Shown piece by piece: positions 26,846-40,100 of a DNA stretch of 64,000 nucleotides. The notes under the pieces were generated by a model, which was not told the DNA's origin, searched no databases, and saw only the letters and a program-made list of their open reading frames with translations. How positions within the stretch are numbered: position 1 is the stretch's first letter; every line of letters begins with the position of its first letter. The position numbers were made by a program, and so were the translations under genes. The DNA is from Catajapyx aquilonaris (Eukaryota): contig KZ538519.1 of assembly GCA_000934665.2 (NCBI GenBank), positions 1-64,000 of the forward strand, given 5' to 3'.

Positions 26846-29318
26846 TGTCACACAAAAGGCATTGATCACAATCGCAGGGTTGACCTTCTCAGAACAATGA
26901 TCGCTAACCCCATATGCTCAAGGTTGGGGAGGCTTTGCAAGCTCTGGCCGAGGGAAAATTTTCCAAGGTGGCAAAACTTTTCGGGGTCCCACCTTTTCTT
27001 ACCTTATTTTGAACGCGTGCATAATTCTAGGATCGGTCGCCCAATTGTCCACCACAAAAAAATTAAAAGGAAAGGAGGGGGGGAACAAAGGAGCCTTGAA
27101 CAAACCCCCTCACACGGAATAGCTCCGGCCCCTTACCCCATCCCAAAAAATGCAATCCACAATCCCGCCCCGCCACTTTTTCCATAGAAATAATATTTAA
27201 AAAAAGAAACTTTACATACCCACAGTTGGGCGTGCTGTTGTCAGCTTGTGATCCAGCATGAGAACGCGCATATTCACCATTTTTTTACCCAAAATCTGGC
27301 GGAAATACCTGCGCATATTTTTACCATTAATAATTGAATAGTTCAGTGCACCTCGACGGGAAAGTCACCAGCCTTACATTTTATTTTCAAGTGTTAACGC
27401 CTCGATACAGCTGTCAGCACTGCCAGCATTTTTATTAAGTGAAACGCACTCGTACGAATCGACGCGACCTTTTCCCACACTTGAGGAAAAACTGCTACGA
27501 TTTGCAACAATGTGCGAGTGAAATTGGAGGGGCCACTCCTAAAAGTGGAGTAGGCAGAAGATGAGGGGTGCAACGACTAAATGCTCGTGGGAACCTCAAA
27601 CACGACGTGAAGTCATAGAAGATAAAACAGTATTCACCTACAAGGGGGCGATTAATTATTATTTGCAAGGTCTGCGTACTGTTATTGAAGTACCAGGAGT
27701 TTGTCAAGTTGATCCAGATGTACATTTGTTGCCAGTTTTCTCTGTATCATTTTGCAGTTTTTGGCATGAAGCTTTTTTGGGGGGAAAATTCTCGGACAAC
27801 ATTGCGCATACAATTTCGGTCCGCAATCTACAGCTGAATTCAAAAATGTTGCACAGTAACCGCTCGTGCTTTTCACTTTCTCCTGGCACTATTCTGGCTC
27901 AAATGCGATCTCATCAGCCTCCTGATTATGACTGCCTTTATATATAGAGAGCTAGGCTTTAAACTTTAGCAATATCCTGTTAATAATCCCCGAGAGATGA
28001 TGACACGGATAAGCAAAATCCCAGCCTCTCTCTCTATAGTTTTCCTCCCAATTCGGACGCACATCCTTGGCAGTGCATCCGCCGCAATTTCGGACGCACC
28101 CTGCGTGTTTATAACGTGCCCAAAAATGCAGTGAACCTTTCCCTCAGGAGCCAGCTAGGTCTCTTGTTTCCCTTGGCTTGTCTCAGCTGGCGGCAAGTCG
28201 AAGGAAGGTCAGGGATGGATGGGGAGAGCCCACTCGGTGTTGCCACGTGTGTGACAAAGGGTGTTACGTCCGAAAGTATGTTGCTGGAGTCAACACTTCC
28301 CCCAAAATGTTGCTAAATCCTTCGTATATGTGAGAATGTGCCTAGTAGAAATGTGCTGTTGGAGCATTTTTCTTTTTTTTTCGACCCGAAATTTTTTGTT
28401 CTTCCTTCTGAGCGTGGACAAGAGCCCGTTTATACAAAAGCTGGGGGTAGCAGTTGTGCCTGGGCATTTCTGGGAAAATGGAGATGCCTGGACACGATCT
28501 GCGGTGTCCCCTCGGCAAAGAGAGGAGGGTGGGCCTCAGCTAGAAAAGAGCAGGCGGCCGCAGGAGCAGTTTCTTGTTCCCTTTTCACAGAGGTAGCTTC
28601 CCTCCCAGGCAGAAAAGCAGTTACCCAGAAAAAGGGGACGTGGAATGCTTCTCCTATACGATTGTTCCCCATCCCCCACCCCCTACCTTCTCTTCTCTCT
28701 CTCTCTCTCGCCATTTTTCCCTCCCTCCTCCATTTTCTGGAGGGCTTCATTTGCTGCTACCCCCGATGGCATTTGTCCATCCCTGGAAATAAGGGTGAGG
28801 GGGAAAAAAAAGAACAAGCCTGGCTAAATGAACGGGCAACCCTCACCAGAAAATTTTTCGTTCAAACTCAGCACAAATCTGGATCGTCTCAGCCAAATTG
28901 CGATATTCATGAAATTGGCAATCCCTTTATTTTTAAAAACCACACCATTCCGTCTAAACCTTGAACCGAAATAATTTAATACGAATGTTGATTGTTGTGT
29001 GTGATCAGGAGCTGTATATAGCTCGATTTTTCATTTAATATGTCCCTTTGCTCCACATACTATTGGGGTGCGTTCTTTGTTTTACTTTTTTTTTAAAAAA
29101 AAATCGTTTGAAAGCGGCACGAAGGAAAAATGTGTTTACGACCTGGTAATTAGTCGCACCGCGTCGAGGAACAATGAGCATGCAAGCAATTCGCACGATG
29201 CACATTGATTGCACACGACTGATGATGGGAACAGCGTGCAAACAGGCTCGACTCTTGACGCTGATAAGCCAGAGGTTTTTGAGCTGGTGTGCGAAGGAAC
29301 GTCACTCAAAAGCTGCGG

Positions 29319-29355
<37 letters not shown>

Positions 29356-32300
29356 GTGGGGGAAAAAGAAGAGAAGAGGGGGGTGTTTGCACAACACTGT
29401 TTGCGAACCGCGAGGAAACGGTGAAAATAATCCTTCCGGTTGTGTTCTTATATCCTCTTTGCATGCAGATGCAAGTCAGACCCTTGATGGACGCCATCAT
29501 GGAGCTACATTTTAATTGGCTCGACTATAAACACCGTTTAAAGTATTTTTTCACACACATTGTTGCAGCATATAAACTTTCCAGTTACCCAGTTCTCCGT
29601 GTGCAATATCAGCTGCATTGCATCGACTGAAAATTTCGCAAAACGCACCGCGGGGATCGCTTGAAACCTTTTCGCAGTATTGACAACCCTGGAGACTCAA
29701 TCAGCAGTATTGGCGAAATTAGTCCACATGGAGTATATTCGGCGATTACAGTCATAATTAAGTCCTTTAATTAGCATATCAATCACCGCATGAGTCATCA
29801 TAAACTGATCCCCCCCACCCCCATTGTGGAGCGTAAAATTCAGCACGCTATAAACTTGCATAACGCAAATCTCCGCTCACATTTATTTTCCACCCTCACC
29901 CCCTATTTAAAACCGCATTTTTGGCACACTGCAGCATAAACAAGCACAAAAGAAGAGTATTTTGAATTATATTTTTTCGGGGGGGTTATATTCCATCCAA
30001 CCCAACCCCCACACTTTCCCCCCGTGGGACTTGCATGTGGTGCTTCGTCACCGCACAGAAGACAGCTACAGGCAAGAATGCACTGTAAATGCGCCAGGTT
30101 GGGCTTTTTAAAAAAATACAAGGATTTTTTTTGTACCCCTAGAACTCCCCCTAGGCGCGGTTTTTGTTAGTGAATAGGCAGTCAAAATCTGCTTATGCAG
30201 CCTACTTGCACAGCTGTATAAACTCGTACCTAAAATAGGCAATGTAGTGTATATTAAAAGGAAGAGAGAGGAAAAAAAGTAGTGATATCATGTGTGGAAT
30301 ACATTTCAATTATTCTAATTGTGGCCACATGAATATACATTATCTTGGACCCGGCTCTCTCCCAACTGCAAAAACATTAATGAGATGTTGTCTTCTGGGC
30401 GATTTCTAAGGCGAGCCATTCTGTGGAAGGGATGCAATACATCAGTTTCAACTCTTTCTTATCGCCAACACGTTGTAACTTCACGTGGAGGAAGGAGGGA
30501 AGGGGGAATGTGAATAGTAAGCATCGTCATGAAGGTTCTCAGATGGCAACTTTTGATTCCGTAGAGATATGTAAACCTATTAGTTTTGCTACACGCTCGC
30601 TGCCTTCAGATTAATAATAATGATTCATTATGAGCTCATGGGTCATTACGTCGCTGATGGCACATGAAATAATACAACTTGCACACACACAAAAAATGTG
30701 ATACAAGTTAGCTCTCATATACCGGCATTGACACTATTTATCATGGCTTTGCAAGTAATCTGATAAGGCTCTGAAGAGCATGTCACATTTACATCCCATA
30801 CAAGGACAATGATAAATCGATACGATGTGTGCGTATATATATAAAAAAAAGAAGAGTAGAAACCGAGTTGATAACCAAATCCTCCGGTCACCTTGAAAGG
30901 CAATTACAAGGCTTCGTTACATGGGAACCCGAGGACAAAAATGAATATTGCATTGGAAAGAGGAGCGTGCTGCATGGGTATTATTCTTTGTTCAAAGGAG
31001 TGGAAGAGGCTTCAAAAAAAAAAGTTATTATAATTTTCCTTTTTTCCTACCTACAGGCGATTCACGGGTGGAGTAATGAAAATGCTCTAAAAACACTGGC
31101 CAGTACAAAGTATATAATTATGCACAGTAAGATATAGACTCGTATATGTGATACTACATGCTGTAGTTTACAGGGTGGTACACTGCCAAAGGCGACACAT
31201 TCCGATAAAATGAAGGAACCTTACTGCTCACGGATGACTTGTATTCAAAATGGTTGCTAGGGTAAACGATCTTCCCACTTGGACTGTAGACTTTGGCTGG
31301 GTCATAACTGGCACGTGTCGAGTTTCTGCTGACCTACGTTACGTGCAGCGATAGTGGTCAGAATGTCGGTTGACACTTTATAGCTAAAACTTGTGCCCCA
31401 GCACTCTTGCTAATCACATGATCAAATCCTGTAGCACCTGCTGCGTGCCACTGGGCGACACGTGACCAACAGGACTGACATAAATTACTGCAAAAATTAA
31501 GGTCCTACACTTACACGTTGCAGTATATAATTATAATGGCGAAAATGCCTTCTAACGCAGCATTTTCGCAGCAAACTAATGTAATATGCTCGTGTCTTGC
31601 GTCCGGTGAGGGTTACACGCCCTGCATATTACGTTTACCTAGAATTTCTGGCCGGTGCAGCATCCCCCAGAGCGGCATTTACGAGCAGACAGAGGTCACC
31701 CCCTTTTGGAGGGAGAAGTGATTGCAGTGGACAACACCGAGTGTTGCCCAAGACCATTAGAGGCAAAGCTCCCTGTCTTAACACTAATCCCAAACTGCCC
31801 TTCACGGTGGCGATTGTCCAGCCGATAAGATCCCAAACACACCCCCCTCGACAACACTACAGGATGCCCCAAGCTTAATTGCTTTGTTTACAGCAAACGG
31901 CATTGTCACATGAGAGCAGGTGCATTCAGAAACAACGACAGAAAAAAAACTCGGCATGCCAAACAACAAAGGAGACGTGCAGGTGACAACATTGAAAGTC
32001 TCGCGTCACGAGTCACATCCGAGGCGTTTAATTATCCTGTCATTTCAAACCTCTCGCCCTTTTTTATATATAAATGTATTTCCAACACATCAAGATGGCT
32101 CGCAAGAATGCTAGTATTGGAAATACGTGTAAGTTTTTTTTTGCCATTTAGGAATGTGGAGTTCCTGGTCTGGACCCCAGGTAATTTGTCTTAAGATGCG
32201 TGTGTGGGTGTACCGGAGTCATCCTAGGTATGTGCAAACGCGCGATCACATTATCTGTGGTTATTATTATGTAAGCCGACACGTCGCGAAATATATGTCT

Positions 32301-33354
32301 GCTAGTTGAATACAACGCTTTCAACTTTACTTTTTTTATGCGTGTGTAGGTGTGTGTTCGCTGTAAAAAAAAAATACTGAGGATCCAGTTGATACCTCCT
32401 TAAAAATCATTGTCCAGCAGCTCTCGGACAGCATTACACAAAGCGAGAGACGTCCCCGGTGCAATTTCAGCTGGGAAGACGAACCCTGCTTTTAGTATTA
32501 TATTTTTCCTCCATGTTCCCTTCCTCCTCCTCCTCCTCCTCTCCCTTTTTCTGCCGCGTGGTCGTACAGGGAGGTGGGGAGGGGAGACCTTTTTTTGATT
32601 GACAAATGGTTCGCGTGCTTGATAAGGAAATAGGAGACTGAGCACTCTTGGAGCTGTCCGACTCACACGCGAAACGAATTTTACCCCCGCCTTTTCGGAT
32701 TAGTAATTTCCACCTCATTTGTCACGTCCCTCCCTCCTCCTCCCCCCTCAAGACGTGAATTAATTGTCTCCTAATTGGGCGAAGAAGTCACATATCAGGA
32801 CATGCGCACTGTTACGACTAGACCCCCCTCTCTGATTATTTAATCTTATCGACTTCCACTTCTTTTTTTGTTGCTGCTGTTGTTGTTGTCCTTCTTCCCC
32901 CCCCCCNCCCTAGGTTCCCACGTATCCCTCTGCCGATTTCCAAGAGGGGGTCTTTGTTGCTGTGGCAACAAGAGGCAAGAGTTGATGGGTCTGGTCGTGT
33001 GGTTTGGGGTCCCGGCTTGCGATGGTCTTTTAGCTGCCCACACGACCATCTGTCTTTGCAGATGGTGCCGGTCCACATATAGCCAGCCTATATGGATCGT
33101 GCAACTTGCAAAATATTCAGTGTATATCCTCTGCTGTATAAGCAGGGTTGGGTAGGACCACAGGTGGTCATCACGTGGTTAGCAAAAAGTTTCCAACCTT
33201 GGAAGAAGGCACGATGGTTCTGATTAATTTGATAACAGTGATTCAGCCTTCCCTTGGGCCAGCTGTCACTGATGTTTTAATACGCTATCTCTGCAGCCCA
33301 TGAAATTGTCGACATTGTTTCGTTACTGCATGTCTTTTACCTTGTTGATAAATA

Positions 33355-33446
33355 CAGGGTGACCCTAAGGTCTGGACACATTGGTTCACAATTGGTATCC
33401 TGGCAACCAACAATACAATATGTGTCCAGATTTTAGTGTCACCCTG
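33355..33446. mobile_element. 92-bp Tc1/mariner-type MITE
   Basis: TA|CAGGGTGAC-CCTAAGG-TCTGGACACA ... TGTGTCCAGA-TTTTAGT-GTCACCCTG|TA: imperfect ~27-bp TIRs and TA target duplication. Confidence 0.7.
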
Positions 33447-34136
33447 TAGAAAAACTTATTGAAATATGGAAGCGTGAACGTAGATTGCAAAAAATATGGT
33501 GTGACCAGAGCTAGAAATTCAGAGGAATTGAGGGAAATCTGGTAATTGCCTACACCGATATACATGCCGTACAGTTGAACGCACCATTAACGGAGAAAAT
33601 GTGCAAGACACGTGCAATATGTGAGCATAATAGTCATATCAGTTTTTTACGCCACTCCTCCCCCACACAAAAACTGGGTCTAGCAGAAAAACTTGCAACT
33701 AGAAAACCGTCGAATCGCATAAAAATGTGCAGGTTACGTCAATCAGCAATATATATAAGGAAGCATCGTGTACGTGTTGGGCGTGTGGCCGTGACCGCCC
33801 AGCATGGATCCTTGAATCTGAGTGGCATGACTCAACCGAGGCGCCCCCTTTACAAATGACTGCGACAGTGCAAACATTTCGCTAGGGCCGAGTTAGCAAA
33901 ACGTTGGAAAGTGAAGGGGGTACGGTTCCCAAACGCATGGCTGAACATCTCTCCCGCCATTTCTCTCCAATAAGCCCTAGGGGGGGAGACTCTCCCTCCC
34001 TCCCTCCCATCCACCCACCCTCCCTCCCCCTCCGGGCCCATTAACCATGGCATTCACGCACTGCACCTAAGCGCATTACCACTCGGGTCTTGCCATTTCT
34101 CTTCCCTGCCCTGCTGGATAGGCCCTCGCTTGCTAA

Positions 34137-34158
34137 NNNNNNNNNNNNNNNNNNNNNN
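34137..34158. other. Assembly gap (22 N)
   Basis: Run of n characters; single Ns also occur in several G/C homopolymers. Confidence 0.99.
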
Positions 34159-37100
34159 CACCCCCACCCAACTCCATGGCCCCCCCGTCCCATTCTTACC
34201 AATTGCTCACTAACGGCCTGTATTCACTAGCCCCCCTCTTTTTCTTTTTGCACGAGTCATAAACGAGCACATATGTGGATCAAGGTACCAAAAAAAGGGG
34301 GCACATATGGTCCAAATGTGTAGCTGAGATATTCATTAAAAAAATGTATGGTTTTAGATATTCAACGTTCAATATAAAAATGTCAACGACATCGATTCCT
34401 TTCTTCTTTTTTTGGAATTGGAAAAAAAAGTAGGGGGGCAGCAGTGAAAACTGTCCAAAACGTTCCTGATATAGCAACAGTATGGGCTGAAGCAAATAAC
34501 GTTCTTCATTTAACTTCTGGGAGCATTTTCATGTAATGTCATATAGTTTACGGTATACGTATTTTTAAAACATTCACTTTGTTATATGGACGGTGTTATG
34601 TTATGCAATAATGAGTCAACCCACATGAGAACAGCCAAAATACTTTGAATGTCACAGCACCTGTGCAGATTTCACCAGCTTGATTTTAACTGAATGAAGT
34701 ACGATTATTTGGGTATATGTTCCTGTGCTTAACTAAATTTTGGCATTTTTTGTGGGTTGATACATTATTGCATAACAACGCCCATATAGCGTAATGATAG
34801 AATATTGCTCTAATACGTTGTTTACTAAGTATATTTTGCAATCATATACCTGGCTGTGAAACACTACACGCAATACATAACGTTAAAAAATTACGCTTGT
34901 TCCCTTTTTTTGGTCGGTTTGCTCCACATATGTGCAATTTTCCAGAAAGTTCGAGGGCTCTGCAACGCTGACTCCCCCCTGCCTTGCACTAATAAAATAT
35001 TAATTTCCTTTCCCGCTAATTGCGATTTCCTCCAGACTGGATGGGAGTTCGATCAGATTAACCGCCTTTCTGGATTGATCTTTCGCCTCAAACGAGACTG
35101 CGAATTATTGCAAAAAAACCGTCCATGTTCCTTTTTCTAGTAACGGGTTGGAAAGGGTAGGGTGGGGGCGGGGAAGAGAAAATTTTGAACCATCCCCTCG
35201 CCCCATTAGAAAAGCGATCAAAATCCTGCAGCCACGTCCATCANCCAACCCCCCCCCCCCTTACTTTTGTCTCTGGGCTAGGACATAAATACAAAACGCG
35301 TCACCGGCAGATAAAAGGTAATGTGCAGATCGATGCAGCAGCTTCATTGTGGAGGTGGATTTTGGGCACTGGGAGAAATGATGCATGCATCCAATAAGTC
35401 TCCAGGGTGAGGCTCGCGCATTGTAATGCACAGTGCAGACGCCTTTTGTTATAAAAGTGGGGAACTGGAAGAGGGGGGGGGGGGAGACCACCTCGGTACA
35501 CTTTTCCACCTCCCCCTCTACCACCACCTCCTTTCCATTTCCCTATTGATTTTCAATTGGTCCACTGCCGAAAGGCTTTGCAAGTCAATGTAGATCTAAT
35601 ATCAGCAACAAAAAGGGCGCTTATAGATCAACCCCCCCTCTTGCTCAGGAAACATGCAAAGCCCTCTGCAAAAATATATACACACAGTTAATTCGGCTCG
35701 GTAGTTACGTGGTGGAGCAGAGTGTACGTGGAACGGGCCAGACTGTTCACACGGGCGCAAAAATTCGGTGCACTTTTATGTACAGTGTGTTTTCGCACGC
35801 CTGTGGAAATGCGTGATGAATGTATCTCTTAGCAGTTGCAGATGGACAACAAAGGGACCGGTTGGGGGGCTTCAGTGGGGGTGGGGTTGAAAAAAGAGGA
35901 TGGTTGGAGGGGGTTGGTAGACATCACTATGCATCAGCATCCCCATTTCCCCCGCCACAGCACGCGCTGGGCCGTGTGTCCAACACGCCCAAATAATTTT
36001 TGCGACCAAGCCGCACTGGCAATGGAAAGCCCCGCCGTTGCCTGTCGCCATACATTTGCCTAAAGCCCCATCCCTCACTAGCAACACAATTACACCATTC
36101 AAATTAGTCCATGATACCGGTGAAATTTACATGAAAATGCCATTTAGTATAGACGATCGCATTACCACGCCCCTCCTAGTCCTACCCACCCACCCCCTCG
36201 ATATCCTAAAATGGATCAGATAGTGTTAGAGGCTGAACCGGGCGCCATTCTCTCAACCCCCCCTTCCACACCCTCCAGGCTGCCTCTCTCTGCACTGCAG
36301 GATAATCCTACTGTAAACGAAATACGGCTGGACCAATCATGAACTGGTATTCAGACAGGAAAAAAAGAGAATCGGAGTGCACGACCCGCATGCGTCGATC
36401 TCCCCCCCAAAATTTTACAAGATGATTCTTGCAAAGTGGAATTAAGATGAATCATGGCGCCGCCAGAAGTGAGGATTTGCATTTTCCCCGAGCTGCCTGT
36501 TTTATATTAAGCTATGCCCGAATATGCAAAACGAGGCCCTGGGATGCAAAGATGCCAACGGGAAAAAATTATCTCCCAACCAATCAAGAATGTGGCGGTT
36601 GAATCATTCCTATTGGCACCTTATGTCTTCCATCATTTCCGAATGGTAAAATACTTTATCTGCACATGTGTTTATTCACAGTGTCAGCTACTTTTAACTC
36701 CCATGTGTACGTGGGTTCGGATCGGATTTAATTCCAGATGAATGCAATGCTAATGCCGGTCCATTGTTGGTCGCGGGCCATGACACGCGCCTAATGAATG
36801 TGGGTCTTAATCAGCACACTTGCGCCCAGTCTTTATTTGCACGCCCGAAAGTCGGCTGGGGGGAATCACTAGTGAGTCACAGTGATAATGGTTCATGACT
36901 CCAGGGGGGGCGATTCAGATCAAATTACACTGCCAGTTCCCAATAAGCAATAAGCTAGAACAATGTTGCAAACTATAGAAAAAGCTAGCTTAACCCATAA
37001 AATTTTTTGGGGGGTAAAATAATATTAAAAAAGAGAGAGGGGGGCACCATTCTCAATCTCCCAGCCCAGCCATCCGTCCGGCAATTTCCTGAAATTTCCA

Positions 37101-40100
37101 TGCGGAGTGGAAAGGCGGGAATGGAAAAAGGAGGTTTTCAGCAGCCCCCCTCCCCCCCCCAACCCTATTCCAGTCCACAGTCCCCCACAGTCCCCCTCCT
37201 CTACTCTCTGTGTCGTTGGCAAACACCTGCAAAATTTCCTGGAGGAGGCACAATGGTTCCAACTTACCGGAGAGGAGAGGATGAGCCATCCGGGCTCTCT
37301 GGGCCGTAACTAGGAATTAATTACGTCCCGTGAACTCTACTGCCCTGCTTCCCCCTTGCCCCATCCAAACCTCTCCAACCTCACACTATTATCTCCAAAC
37401 CTAAGAGCGAGGCTATTTTAAGTCCCATATTCGATCCGTCCACCCTCAAGACTCTTATGTGAGGGACACTCTTGTGACAAAAATTTATGAGAGAGCAGGC
37501 TGGAATGGGCTGGACCATTCCGGCACGATCTGTCTGTCATTAGTCCAAGAAATATATTGTCAGGAAGAGGAGCGCCTCTCTTGGAGGCTATTTTGAGCTT
37601 CAGGTAAGCCCCCACAGCCTAACTTTAAAAAAAAGGCATGTCCTCAATATTGCGATCTAAGCCATACACGGTAGGGTTTCAAAGAAGTATTTCTTTTGTA
37701 CCGCACTGTATCCACCGATCTGATTGGTGGAGCTGCTGTCTGATGGGGGGGAGTAGAGGGGCAGATATCGCCATCTACTTTTTGAGAAGTTATGCTGCGG
37801 GTACTGTCATTGACTCCTGAAAGTGACTCTACAGTACTGCAGTTTGGGACCCCCTGCAGCCATCCGAGACCGCGAAATTTTACACCTTCAGACATGGCTG
37901 GCCAGCAGTTATCCTCAACAGGTCGCAAATAACCAATAGTATGTTTGCCTTGGCCATAGTGAGGCTTCAAACTTTGTGGTCGGAAGCAGCGGGGCAAGGC
38001 AAAGGTATGCGCGCTTCACTTTTCCAAGGTTGCCAGGTGCGAGGGCGTGAAAGAAGCGGGTGGAACCTTTTTTTATATATATAAAAAGGAAGAGAGGGGT
38101 TATCTTCTGGCTCGTGCGAGGGTTTGCATCGAAAAGTAGGGTGGTTTGGTAGGGTGTTCGCCAACTGGCTTCTACCCCCGGATTCATTACAGCCCCGGAT
38201 GGCCCCGTGTTTGCTCTGGGTCTTAGCCGCTGTGTGTGCAGGCAAATGCATGCACGTGGTCGGCCTCAACATATCCATCTATCTCCGGATTCCATGTGTG
38301 CTCCGGGGACCCATGTGGGAGGAAGAGGGAGGGAGAACACTAGGGGGGGGGGGGGTGAAGCTAATCGAGAGATCCGTGTGCCGCACCGTCTTCATTAAAT
38401 ATACAGCACCGGTTAGCCCCGGTTCCACTGAAATCTCTTGTCATACGGAAGAACAGAGCAAATAGCCCTGGCATCCCTTTGAGTCGGGGCGGTATATGAA
38501 CAAAGCTCTGCGAAAGGATCAAAGATTTTAATGCAATTCGAGAGGGAGGGAGGGAGGGAGGGATCAGGGAAATTCTCGGAAAGTCGTGATTGCCTCTGTA
38601 CAGTACTACTACTACTACACAGAATGGGAACAATAAAGGCGAGTAAGCGCTAGTGAAGCTGTTTGTGGATTGCATTGTTTCACTCGCGAATGCTCATCAC
38701 AACATATTTCATATACCGTTGCACTGTGTATACGCCGAAACGGATTTTTACGATTGCAAGTCAAGGCCTAACCATATAAGGCCGTTTTTCTGTTTATCTC
38801 CTACTTATCCACCTGACCTCACTGAAGAAGGCTTGAATTTCAAAGCCATACAGAAGTGCGTATAAAAATGTTTTCATGTCCAGATACTTTGAATAAATAT
38901 TAATAATAATGCACATAACAAGACACGTTAATATAGCGAATGTGCTTGGTACCAGAAGCACATTAACTTGCATTTTTCCCATTGTGGTTGTCGTCGGAAA
39001 CCGAAAGTGCACGTATATACAGGGTGGGGCATAACATTCAGGGCATTTCCTGAAAAAAATTTGGTGCTGAAAGTGCTCGTAACTCTAGTTTTGTGTGCCC
39101 TGCCAGAGTGCACACAGGGCTTTTTACGCACATCAGCAGGGACTGGTACTGTGAGAGCATGAGAGCTCGTGTGCACTCTGGCAAAGAGCAGAAACCAGCA
39201 TCATTAGTAGTTTCTATTCTGAAAAAAAAAGAGAAGAAGAACGAGGTGCCGGAAATGGCTACATGTTCTGACTCGCCCTGTAGGCTTCCACATTTATATG
39301 GTGAAGCAGCAGGTTTTTCCTAGGGTTGCATCTTTCTTAATAGGTTACTCTGAATAATATGATGGTCGTTTGCTGCTCATCGTTTATGCACTTGAATTCC
39401 TGAAATCACTTTTTTATGTGGAAATATTTTATCAATTCTATACCAATGCCATTTAATTATCTTTCTGGAGTATAACTGACAAAATAATGATCAATCAATC
39501 AAGACGAAAAGTAATTTTACAGTCCATTTAACTTAAAAGGTTTACTCAATTTGAACGGGAAAAAATGCGTTGAGCTATAACCACAATTATTTAAATTTCA
39601 CTTACTTTCAAGTGGAGGAATAGTGGAAAAAACTGGCTGGCCAATAAATGGCTGTAAAAATACTTGGCCAGTACGGTTTCTATCAGCGTGACGCGATGCA
39701 TTACTGGCTCGGATTTAATCTGGCCCATTTCGCCATTGATTAGTAAAATAAGGAAGTAATGGCTCAGTCTTGCTTCCATTTCCCGTGTGTGTGGTCTTTG
39801 ACCAGGGGTCCCGTTCAAATCGTGAGAATTTTCTCAGCAAGTCCCCCACGAACCGCGTAAAAAAAAAAGAACCAGACTGGTCACTTCATTAAACTGGTGC
39901 CGATTGTTCTACACACGAAATCACGTTCCATTTCGTACGTTTCTCGAATCCAGCTCTCAAGACTGGCATGTGTCTACTATACTGGCTCCTATAGCAGATG
40001 GACAACATTTTCCAAGGTTTTCACCCCCTCCGTTTGCACCTGCCCGGACAGGCCCATCACCTCTCATCAACACCTCTATTGAAATCCCCCGCTCACTTTT